This document shows, in pieces, positions 53,410 to 61,696 of a stretch of DNA of 64,000 bases (position 1 is the stretch's first letter; each line of letters starts with the position of its first letter). The stretch is from an uncultured Polyangiales bacterium (lineage in GTDB: Bacteria; Myxococcota_A; Polyangia; Polyangiales; CAZAQV01). The stretch is from NCBI GenBank assembly GCA_964487255.1, contig CAZAQV010000002.1:211561-275560 (forward strand). Reading direction: 5' to 3'. The notes beneath the pieces were generated by a model. That model did not search any database, had not been told where the DNA came from, and saw nothing but the letters and a program-made list of their open reading frames with translations. A program made the position numbers and the translations under genes.

Positions 53410-54540
53410 ATGATCGGCGTAGTGACAACCTCGTTTCCGCGGTGCGACGGAGACTACGCGGGTAGTTTCGTGCTTGAGTACGTGGAAGCGCTCCGACGGG
53501 CCGGTCACAAGGTCGAAGTGGTCGCACCCGCTCTACCCGAAAGCGTGAACGGGGACTGGGCAAGCACCCAATCGCTCTCGTACTTACCCGCTGGCGGTGG
53601 CCATCTGAACCCTTTTTACCGAAGTGGGGTCCCGGACAATCTGCGCCGACGGCCCTATTCCGCCATAGGTTTGGTCTGCTTCGGCCGAGCGCTGAAGCGA
53701 GATCTTATCACGCGTCGCTGGGACGCGCAGATCAACCACTGGGTGTTTCCATACGGCTTGTTCCGAGCACCCGGTACGCGGCAGCTCGGAGTCTTTCATT
53801 CAGCTGATCTCTTCGCGCTCCGGCGGGTTCCGGGCCGCGGGCGACTCGCCGAGCAGATCGCGCAGCGCATGGATGGCCTGCATTTCGTCAACGACCAACA
53901 GCGACAACGTTTTGAGAGCCTCTTGCCAGCAGGAAGTCGCTGCGCTTTGCGTGCGCGCGCGTCGGTTGGCCCCATGCCGGTGGAGCCACCAGCACTGCAC
54001 TGTGATCGCGACGCGCTGCGCTCGCAGCTGAACTTACACGCTCGAACAGCCTTGGTGCTGGGTCGGCTTGTGCCCATCAAAGCCCTCGACCGCGCCATCG
54101 CACTTGCAGAAGCAGAACCAAGCCTTCAGCTCGTCGTCGCTGGATCAGGGCCGGAGCGACGCGCTCTGATGCGACTCGCCGCTCCGCTTGCTCGACGCGT
54201 CCGCTTCGTGGGGGAGCTCACGACCGCACAGAAATGGTTATGGCTGTATGCCTCTGACGTTCTGCTCGTCCCTTCAAAGACCACGCCACTAGGGCGTCGA
54301 GAGGGCATGCCGACCGTGATCAGCGAGGCCCGAGCTGTCGGCTGCCCGGTTGTGACGACCGTCGAAAGCGCGTCCGAAGCTTTTGCGAATGACCCGGGCG
54401 TTCAAGTCGTCACGTTCCCCACGCATGCGGCACTACTGCGCGCCGTCGACCGAGTCGTCACGTCGCCGCGGACGAAATTTCGCCTTCGCACGATGAACGA
54501 TCTGGTCGCGCAACACAGTCAATTGCTGGGCTTAGTTTGA
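53410..54540 (+). CDS. GT-B fold glycosyltransferase (family 4/1-like)
   Basis: The N-terminus is MIGVVTTSFPRCDGDYAGSFV. The C-terminal EGMPTVISEARAVGCPVVTT is an E-x7-E-like motif. Confidence 0.75.
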   Translation: MIGVVTTSFPRCDGDYAGSFVLEYVEALRRAGHKVEVVAPALPESVNGDWASTQSLSYLPAGGGHLNPFYRSGVPDNLRRRPYSAIGLVCFGRALKRDLITRRWDAQINHWVFPYGLFRAPGTRQLGVFHSADLFALRRVPGRGRLAEQIAQRMDGLHFVNDQQRQRFESLLPAGSRCALRARASVGPMPVEPPALHCDRDALRSQLNLHARTALVLGRLVPIKALDRAIALAEAEPSLQLVVAGSGPERRALMRLAAPLARRVRFVGELTTAQKWLWLYASDVLLVPSKTTPLGRREGMPTVISEARAVGCPVVTTVESASEAFANDPGVQVVTFPTHAALLRAVDRVVTSPRTKFRLRTMNDLVAQHSQLLGLV

Positions 54541-54554
54541 GCGCAGAGGCAATG

Positions 54555-55241
54555 CTAGGTGCGGATTCGACGCGTGCCAGCGGGAACTTTGAGTTTGAAG
54601 GTGTCCTTGTCGGTCTTGGGGTTCCACTCAAACTTCGAGAAGTCGAAACGGTTTCGGTTGCCTTGATTGTCGACGATCAGCACGCGCTGAACGATACCCG
54701 TCGGCTTTCCGTCTTTGGCCAGGACATAAAGAAGGACCCGTTCGTATTGAGGCGAGGGCTTGCGTGGACGCATCTCTAGAACGATTCCCTGCTTGAAGCC
54801 GGCCTTCTTGCTGCTGACGAGGCGGAACGTGAAGTCGTTCTCAAGCTTTCCCGCACCGGTCAAAAACGAGAACGCCGCCGGCAGCGACTCTTCGGAAATA
54901 TTGCTTTCGAAAAGCTGGGGCTCGTCGCCATCGTCACCCGGTTCAAACACACGAAGACTCTCTGCATCCGAGACGATCACTTTGCCATTGGGTTTGGCGT
55001 AGTCCCACCGCATTTTGCCGGGTTTAACGAACGTGACTGAACCTTTGGAGCGATCGGTCTTCTGGTAGAGCTTGTGGACGTAGGTTTGGTAGAAGCTGGC
55101 TTTGACGCCTTTGCTCTGGTTGTAGAAGGCCTGGACGGCAGCCGCGACTCGCGGGGCAGTCACTTCATCCTGCGCCTTTGCAGGGGGAGCCTGAATGACA
55201 GTGGGTAAAAAGATAAACGCGAGCACAGATAGATTCGCCAT
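54555..55241 (-). CDS. LolA-like outer-membrane lipoprotein carrier protein
   Basis: ATG 55241 gives MANLSVLAFIFLPTVIQAPPAKAQ (signal peptide). FYQTYVHKLYQKTDRSKGSVTFVKPGKMRWDY is typical of LolA. Confidence 0.7.
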   Translation of the reverse strand: MANLSVLAFIFLPTVIQAPPAKAQDEVTAPRVAAAVQAFYNQSKGVKASFYQTYVHKLYQKTDRSKGSVTFVKPGKMRWDYAKPNGKVIVSDAESLRVFEPGDDGDEPQLFESNISEESLPAAFSFLTGAGKLENDFTFRLVSSKKAGFKQGIVLEMRPRKPSPQYERVLLYVLAKDGKPTGIVQRVLIVDNQGNRNRFDFSKFEWNPKTDKDTFKLKVPAGTRRIRT

Positions 55242-55341
55242 ACCCTTGAGACGACTATTGGCTGGTGGGGATTCATCCATGCGACCCAGTGGCTCAAACA
55301 TACGACCGCCTAGCTCAAAAAAAGGCCAGGCTCAAAAAGAA

Positions 55342-55374
55342 GTCACCCGCCAAACCGGGAGGTGGGCGGGTGAC
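55342..55374 (-). terminator. Orphan terminator-like hairpin
   Basis: GTCACCCGCC-N13-GGCGGGTGAC forms a 10-bp GC-rich stem. On the minus strand it is followed by TTCTTTTT. No annotated minus-strand gene lies upstream of it. Confidence 0.35.
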
Positions 55375-55698
55375 GAAAAACCAAGAGTTCGTGTTGCGAC
55401 GAACAAAGGTAGATTAAGCTAGTGATTCGTATCGATGCAACTCCGATGCCAACCACTTCGTTTTGATATTATTTTCTTTTTTATCGACGCATTGGGCCAA
55501 CCCGCACGCATGTCCGACATCGGTGTCATGGTCGCGCTCACCCGGTTTGCCGGCCCGATGTAAGGACTTGTGGGCACAAAAGTCCCCATTCGGTGGCCGA
55601 TCTTGTTTTGCGAGTGAACTCACAGCCCCAGTGGTGGAAGAATTCCTGAATGATTCCGATCGGTTGATCTGGCATGTGTTTCGCAAAGCATCTGGGAC

Positions 55699-57819
55699 AT
55701 GGGATTCCACGCAATTCGTTTGACGCGACGCCCCCAGGGCAACTCCACCACCGGCTCGCTTGCGATTCTCGCAAGTGTGGGTGTCTTGGGGATCGCTTCG
55801 TTCACGCAGTTCGGGGCTGCCCTCGAAGAGAACGTAAAGGGCGAGACTCAGGCAAGTGCGTTCGCAAACCCGGACGATGGGGAGATGGCATTCAACTCGC
55901 CCAGTGAAAGCGCTCAGACGCCCAACGTTGAACTCGGCAGCAGCTCGTCTGCAGCGATCGATGGTGGCATCGCCAACAACCTGATCGACTACGTCGCGGG
56001 CAAAGGTTCTCGTCCATCCCAAATCCCTGCAGGCTCCGATGCCGATGAGTTACTTGATGAGGTGCTCAAGGCCGTCAAAACATTGGTCGGTGACGACACG
56101 GCAACAAAGAATGCCGTCACCACGGCACTCAAGAATAACCATGGCGATCTCGAAAAGATCCTCTTCGAGGGTATCAACGACATTAACGACGTAAGCGAAG
56201 AGGTTCGAACTGCGATCCTTGAAGGAATTGGCAAGCGAATCGCGGACGGTGAAGGCGTCGGTCTACTCGGCGAGATACTCGAATCACTTGAGAACCTTGG
56301 TCGGAACCTCGAAAAGAACCACGCCGCCGGTCGTGCAGAACTACGCAAAGTGCTCCGCGGTGAATCGATCGCCGATGAACCGGCCGCAGACGAGCCCAGG
56401 GCCAACACGCCGGCTTCGGATGACGCGAATACGGCAGACGAACCTACTGCGGATGACACGAGTGCGACAAACGAACCCGCTGCGAATGATACCAATGCGG
56501 CAGACGAACCTACCGCGGAACAACCGGCAGTCGAAGACTCAGACCAAGCTGGCGCTGGAGCGCTCGGGGCAGAGGAAACGGGCAAGGCGATCCTCGATGC
56601 CATCAACGCCAACCCCGAGGCCTCAGCGGCTGCGGCAACGCTGCTCGAAGATCCTGAAGTGATCGAGCTGGTGAGCGACGCCGCCAGCGGCAAGCTCAGC
56701 CTGGACGCGAAATCCATCATTGAGCTGCTGCGCGACAAGCCTGGCATCGTGGCGGTGCTCGAGGCGCTCGTCAAAGACAAGAAGGTGATGGCCCTACTGG
56801 AGAGCCAGGTCGATCCGCAGTTCCTGCCGCTGCTCAAACTCCTAGCCGCCAACCCGGACATCGTCGAGAAGATCGCCGGTTTCGTGCGGGGCGCAAGCCC
56901 GAGCGACATGGACGCACTGCTCGGCATCATCGATGCCGCGCAAAACGGAAGCTTCGATCCTGTTACCGACTTGCCCAAAGTCTTGACGCTTCTCGGCAAT
57001 GACCAGCTGATGGGTTTGGTCCGGGAACTGAGCCAAAATGAAGACGCGCTGGCCCTCGCTTCGCAGTATGTTCCGCCCGTCTATCTGCGGGTCATCCTGG
57101 AGCATCCGGAACTTATCCAAGACGTGAGCAACTACTTGCAAAATGCATCACAAGCCGAACTCGCGCTCGTCGCAGAGGTCATGAATGATGCGCGGAATGG
57201 CGAATTCAGCCTGGGGAAGGCCATGGAGCTGCTGCTCAACCCCGGCGCCTACGACCTGGTGAACAAGCTCTGGGATAGCGAAGCGGGACGCGCAGCCATC
57301 ATCGACTCGATCAAGGCATATGCTCCGGGAGGCCGAATCTGGGGCCCGATGCTTGGCTGGCCCGTCATCAACCGTTTCGTTCCGTCAGTGGCTCGCTTCA
57401 TCGGTCTACGCAACCGCGTTGGAACATGGAATGCGATCAAGATGACGTTCAACGGTTGGCTCACCAACGTGACGGGACAAGAATGCTCCGGCATCTTCAA
57501 CATGTGCCGCGTGCGCCAGGCGGGGGGCCTGTTCGCTGCCGGCGTGAAGAAAGTTGGCGGCTGGATCGGCGGCCTGTTCGGCGGCGGCGACGACGAACCA
57601 GCGAAGGCGGTTGGTACCACAGCACGCGAGCCCGTCACGACTGAAGGCACTCCGATGACACCAAGCGCTGGCGATGGGCCTTCGAGTGCAGCGCCCGCAA
57701 CGGTTGCGGCAAACCTACCCCCCGTTTTTGGCTATACGCCCGCGTTCCCAGGCTTGCTTCAACGCCAAATGATGCGCATCGCTGCGGAGCGCTCCCTCGA
57801 GAGCGCACCCAACGACTAG
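55699..57819 (+). CDS. Large secreted/membrane-associated helical-repeat protein, unknown family
   Basis: The protein is 706 aa. An N-terminal hydrophobic segment (LAILASVGVLGIASF) is followed by acidic ADEPTA-type repeats and long helical Leu-rich repeats. The tail is Gly-rich (GGWIGGLFGGGDDE). Confidence 0.6.
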   Translation: MGFHAIRLTRRPQGNSTTGSLAILASVGVLGIASFTQFGAALEENVKGETQASAFANPDDGEMAFNSPSESAQTPNVELGSSSSAAIDGGIANNLIDYVAGKGSRPSQIPAGSDADELLDEVLKAVKTLVGDDTATKNAVTTALKNNHGDLEKILFEGINDINDVSEEVRTAILEGIGKRIADGEGVGLLGEILESLENLGRNLEKNHAAGRAELRKVLRGESIADEPAADEPRANTPASDDANTADEPTADDTSATNEPAANDTNAADEPTAEQPAVEDSDQAGAGALGAEETGKAILDAINANPEASAAAATLLEDPEVIELVSDAASGKLSLDAKSIIELLRDKPGIVAVLEALVKDKKVMALLESQVDPQFLPLLKLLAANPDIVEKIAGFVRGASPSDMDALLGIIDAAQNGSFDPVTDLPKVLTLLGNDQLMGLVRELSQNEDALALASQYVPPVYLRVILEHPELIQDVSNYLQNASQAELALVAEVMNDARNGEFSLGKAMELLLNPGAYDLVNKLWDSEAGRAAIIDSIKAYAPGGRIWGPMLGWPVINRFVPSVARFIGLRNRVGTWNAIKMTFNGWLTNVTGQECSGIFNMCRVRQAGGLFAAGVKKVGGWIGGLFGGGDDEPAKAVGTTAREPVTTEGTPMTPSAGDGPSSAAPATVAANLPPVFGYTPAFPGLLQRQMMRIAAERSLESAPND

Positions 57820-59018
57820 AGCTTAGCGAGAGCCTCTTCGATACGGGAAAGGCCTTCGTCGATCTGTCGCTCCGAGCAGGCATACGAGATGCGCAGGTGT
57901 CCCGGTGCGCCGAAGGCAGAACCGGGCACCACCGCGCAGCGCGCCTCATCGAGCAGGTACCCTGCGAGCGCTAGGTCGTCGTCGAGCGCGCTTGAGGCAA
58001 GCACCTCCTCGACATTGCAGAATGCATAAAACGCCCCTTGCGGCATCTCGCACTTGAGACCTTTGATCGCGCGCAGGCCCTCCACCATACGGGCTCGCCG
58101 CTTTTCGAATATCGCGCGCATCTCCTCGACGGGCTCTTGCGGGCCTTGCAACGCAGCGATCGCTGCGTATTGCGCCACTGCGGTCGGGTTGGTCGTCCCC
58201 TGTCCTTGGAGCTTGTCGCAGGCCTGGGCCACAGCAGCCGGACCGAGCATCCAACCAATGCGCCACCCCGTCATGGCGAAGGTCTTCGACACGCCATCAA
58301 CGATGATCGTCCGATCACGAAGGTCAGGTGCGACCGAAAGCAGCGAGTGTTGCTCGAAATCGCCGTACACCAAGCGTCCGTAGATCTCGTCGACGATGAT
58401 CCAGATCTTGCTGTCGCGCAGGACGTCCGCAAGCGCCTCGAGTTCGCTTCGCGAGTACGCGGCGCCCGTCGGGTTCGATGGCGAGCAAAGGATGAGGCCC
58501 TTGGTCTTGGGGCCGATGGCCGCGCGCAGCTGCTCGGGCGTCATCAGGTAACCATCGTCTTTGGTGGTCTCGATGATTTTCGGCGTGGCCTGTGCCAGCT
58601 CGACCTGCGCGGGGTAGCTCACCCAGTAGGGCGCTGGGATCAGGACCTCGTCGCCGCCCTCGAAGAGTGTAAGAGCAATGTTGAAGAGACTGTGCTTTGC
58701 GCCGACCGAAACCACGACCTCTTCGGGCTTATGCTCGATGCCGCGACGCTCCGCGGAGTCCTGACAGATCGCCTGGCGCAAGCTGGGGATCCCACGCGCC
58801 GCCGTGTAGTGCGAGCAGCCGGATTCGATGGCCTCGATCGCCGCCCGCCGAATGTGGGTCGGCGTCTCAAAATCGGGCTCGCCTACGCTAAAGGACAGGA
58901 CGTCGACCCCGTCGGCCTTCAGTTGCTTGGCTTTGGTAGAAATCGCGACCGTCGCCGAGGGCTTCATCGCCTGAATTCGTTGAGTCAGTGGGAATGTTTC
59001 ACTTTTTTCTGTTGCCAT
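57816..59018 (-). CDS. Pyridoxal-phosphate-dependent aspartate aminotransferase (class I)
   Basis: ATG 59018 gives MATEKSETFPLTQRIQAMKPSAT. FSVGEPDF, PSNPTGA and SKTFAMTGWRIG (PLP-binding Lys) are present. The longer track ORF extension is antisense to the next gene. Confidence 0.9.
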   Translation of the reverse strand: MATEKSETFPLTQRIQAMKPSATVAISTKAKQLKADGVDVLSFSVGEPDFETPTHIRRAAIEAIESGCSHYTAARGIPSLRQAICQDSAERRGIEHKPEEVVVSVGAKHSLFNIALTLFEGGDEVLIPAPYWVSYPAQVELAQATPKIIETTKDDGYLMTPEQLRAAIGPKTKGLILCSPSNPTGAAYSRSELEALADVLRDSKIWIIVDEIYGRLVYGDFEQHSLLSVAPDLRDRTIIVDGVSKTFAMTGWRIGWMLGPAAVAQACDKLQGQGTTNPTAVAQYAAIAALQGPQEPVEEMRAIFEKRRARMVEGLRAIKGLKCEMPQGAFYAFCNVEEVLASSALDDDLALAGYLLDEARCAVVPGSAFGAPGHLRISYACSERQIDEGLSRIEEALAKL

Positions 59019-59133
59019 GGCTAAGTTCGCAAAACCTAACGCGCTTCGAAACAAGACGCTACATCGAGCTGGTGCGCAATCCCTGTGCCCCGACGAGACA
59101 TGCGTTGTGCTAAACAGCCAGAGGACCACGCCT

Positions 59134-59922
59134 ATGATCAGAACTTTTTCACTTACCCTCGCATTGCTTTGCTCCGGTTGCGTCTCAAGCAGCCGGGTCG
59201 ACGACCTCGAAACTCGAATCAGGAAGCTCGAAAATGGCCATGAGCAAGAAAGGGAAGACCTTCGAGAGCAGGTAGCCGCGGCAAAAAAACAGCTCGCGGA
59301 ACTCGAAACACTGATGGAATCGGCGACCGGAGTTGTCAAACGCAACAACGCGGATATCGCGTTGGAGGTCAAGTCCCTCAAAAATGAGATGCAGGCCATC
59401 CAAGGCGAAATGGCCGAGATTCGCAACAGCAGCGAACAGACAAACCGCGAACTCGAGCAACGGATGCAACAGTTCGCGCGCAAGGCAGGGGTCGATGTGC
59501 CCATCGACCCGTCGATCATCCCGAAAGACAAGGACGCACACTTCAAGGCTGCGATGCGTTCGCACCAGAACAGCGATCACACGATCGCGCGCGGACTGCT
59601 TCGCGAGTACATCAAACGCTACCCAGACGACGACCGGGTCCCTGAGGCGCAATACTACCTCGGCGCGAGCTACCTGAAGCAAGGCCAGCCTGCGACCGCC
59701 CTCGGCGAGTACCGTGTAGTCATTACGCAGCACGCCCAGAGCAACGTCGTGGAGCGAACCCTCTTCGATATGGGCACGGCTTTTTGGGAGCTTCACTCGT
59801 GCGACGATGCGCGCGCGGCATTGCAGGCGCTCCTCAAGCGCGCCCCGAAATCCAGCTATGCGACGCAGGCCAAATCAAAACTGCGCGCGTGGAAAAGCCC
59901 GCCTCCGAACTACTGCCAGTAA
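59134..59922 (+). CDS. YbgF/CpoB-like TPR lipoprotein (Tol-Pal associated type)
   Basis: The N-terminus is MIRTFSLTLALLCSGCVSS (lipobox). An N-terminal coiled coil is followed by C-terminal TPR repeats (EAQYYLGASYLKQGQPATALGEY). Confidence 0.65.
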   Translation: MIRTFSLTLALLCSGCVSSSRVDDLETRIRKLENGHEQEREDLREQVAAAKKQLAELETLMESATGVVKRNNADIALEVKSLKNEMQAIQGEMAEIRNSSEQTNRELEQRMQQFARKAGVDVPIDPSIIPKDKDAHFKAAMRSHQNSDHTIARGLLREYIKRYPDDDRVPEAQYYLGASYLKQGQPATALGEYRVVITQHAQSNVVERTLFDMGTAFWELHSCDDARAALQALLKRAPKSSYATQAKSKLRAWKSPPPNYCQ

Positions 59923-60026
59923 CTCGGCCGCTCAGCGTCCGCTAGTTCGCGCTGCGGCGCCCGGGTCTGGTAGACTCTTGGGGCGTGACCGAGGTGCGTC
60001 CAAAATCGCAGCAGAGAGTCGACACC

Positions 60027-61550
60027 ATGATCGGACGCACGGTGCTGGACCGCTATCGGGTCGTCCGGCGTCTAGCGCGCGGCGGAATGGGGGTTGTTTA
60101 CCTGGCGCGCAGTGAAGGTGCGGCAGGTTTCGCGCGACCCGTCGTCGTAAAGCGCATCCTGCCAGCGATGGCGTACGAAGAATCGATGGCCAAGATGTTC
60201 GTGCGCGAAGCCCGCATTCTTTCGAACCTGAACCATCCAAATATCGTGTCGGTGCTCGACTTTGCGGAGGAGAATGACGCTTACGTCATGGTCATCGAGT
60301 ACGTCCATGGCTATCACGTGGGCAACTGGGCCAAATTTTGCTGGCAGCAGGGCACACGCGTGCCGGCCCTACTCGCCATGCACATCGTCATCAAAGTGCT
60401 CGATGCCCTGCACCATGCACACACGATGACGCGTGCCGATGGCACTCCTTATCAGATCGTTCACCGCGATATTTCACCGGCCAACGTTCACCTTTCTGTC
60501 GACGGTCAGGTCAAACTGCTCGACTTCGGTATCGCCCGCGTCTCCCATGGTGCTGGCGAGTACCAGACCGAAGAGATCGCCCTCAAAGGCAAGCTACCCT
60601 ACATTTCCCCGGAGCTCTTTCGATCTGGAGAACCTTCGCCCAAGAGCGACCTCTACGCAGCGGGCGTGATGCTGCACGAACTTCTGGTCGGAAAGAATGA
60701 GTTTCGCGGCAAGGAGATGAGTGAGACCGTCGGCCGTGTCGTCAATCACCACGCTTCGCCGGTCGCATCGATACGCAAAGATATCCCCGAGCGGCTGGAC
60801 GACGTGATCGCCAAGGCGCTTCAAAAGGATCCTCACCGACGTTATCCAGATGCAGCGGCTTTCGCACGCGACCTCCGCATGCTTCGTGCAATGAGCGAGT
60901 CGGACGCAGATGCGATGCTCGCCAAACGTGTCGCGGCAGATTTTACGCACGAGATGTCGAGCCGCATGGGGCTCGTTTCGTTGGACGAGCTGGACGACGC
61001 GTGGCGCAATCCTCCAAAGGTCCCCTCTGACGAGCCGCCGGCCGCAGAACGAAGCGAGGCAGGTACGACTCGAACCGAAGTCGACCTGCCCAAAGATACT
61101 TCACCCCGCTGGATGCTCGGGCTCGCAGCGGTGATGATCCTGATCGGGGTGGGCGGCTACGGCGTTCTGTACATGCAGCGTCAGCAAGCGACGACGGTTA
61201 GCATCATCAAACCCGTAAAACTCGACGATCATGGCGATCCCGTGGCGGACGAGATCGAGCCTATCGCTCCCATTGCAGGCGCCTCGGTGGGCGAAACCAT
61301 CGAAGAGACCGTCGCGCGGCACCTCCCCCAATTTGGAAACTGTAAACAAGCGCACCTGCCAAACGCGAGTAGCAAGTTCACACTCTTCTTTGAGATCGGC
61401 ACGGACGGAAGAGTCGAGAGCGTGCACATCTCGCCATCAAAGATTGCTGACAACCCATTGGGCAAGTGTTACGAGCGCGTTGCCAGACGTCTTCGCTTCG
61501 ACAAGTCGACAGAAGGCCTGACCAGCAGCATTCCCATCACCATCAATTAG
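60027..61550 (+). CDS. Ser/Thr protein kinase with TM segment and TonB-C/AgmX-like C-terminal domain
   Basis: Hanks kinase motifs are GGMGVVYLA, VVVKRI, HRDISPANV, DFGIA and PYISPE. A TM segment (WMLGLAAVMILIGVGGYGVLY) follows. The start may be GTG at 59985 instead. Confidence 0.85.
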   Translation: MIGRTVLDRYRVVRRLARGGMGVVYLARSEGAAGFARPVVVKRILPAMAYEESMAKMFVREARILSNLNHPNIVSVLDFAEENDAYVMVIEYVHGYHVGNWAKFCWQQGTRVPALLAMHIVIKVLDALHHAHTMTRADGTPYQIVHRDISPANVHLSVDGQVKLLDFGIARVSHGAGEYQTEEIALKGKLPYISPELFRSGEPSPKSDLYAAGVMLHELLVGKNEFRGKEMSETVGRVVNHHASPVASIRKDIPERLDDVIAKALQKDPHRRYPDAAAFARDLRMLRAMSESDADAMLAKRVAADFTHEMSSRMGLVSLDELDDAWRNPPKVPSDEPPAAERSEAGTTRTEVDLPKDTSPRWMLGLAAVMILIGVGGYGVLYMQRQQATTVSIIKPVKLDDHGDPVADEIEPIAPIAGASVGETIEETVARHLPQFGNCKQAHLPNASSKFTLFFEIGTDGRVESVHISPSKIADNPLGKCYERVARRLRFDKSTEGLTSSIPITIN

Positions 61551-61556
61551 CTTTCT

Positions 61557-61685
61557 GGCTCTTCGCTAGCCTTTGCTCCGAACCAGCAATCTGCTGATAG
61601 CAGATTGGGTTCTCACAAAGAGCGCTCATCGCGTCGGCCACCAGGAGCGCTCATCGCGTCGGCCACCAGGAGCGCTCATCGCGTT
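61557..61685 (+). repeat. Structured intergenic repeat, copy E3 (subfamily A) with 25-bp tandem expansion
   Basis: GGCTCTTC plus GCTAGCCTTTGCTCCG (61565-61580) precede the hairpin CAATCTGCT/AGCAGATTG (61587-61607). CTCACAAAG follows, then AGCGCTCATCGCGTCGGCCACCAGG in 2.6 tandem units (61621-61685). Confidence 0.7.
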
Positions 61686-61696
61686 AGTTCTGATCA

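Noticed and set aside
55989-56999. 336-aa Ser-rich minus-strand ORF
   Set aside because: It is antisense to the 706-aa gene. Its low-complexity Ser/Ala composition mirrors the acidic repeats of that gene.
59019-59546. N-terminal 176-aa extension of the aminotransferase ORF (track 57816..59546) and plus-strand ORF 58038..59024
   Set aside because: The extension is Cys/Ser/Arg-rich and lies antisense to the YbgF-like gene. The aminotransferase alignment begins at MATEKSETF (59018). The plus-strand ORF is antisense to the aminotransferase.
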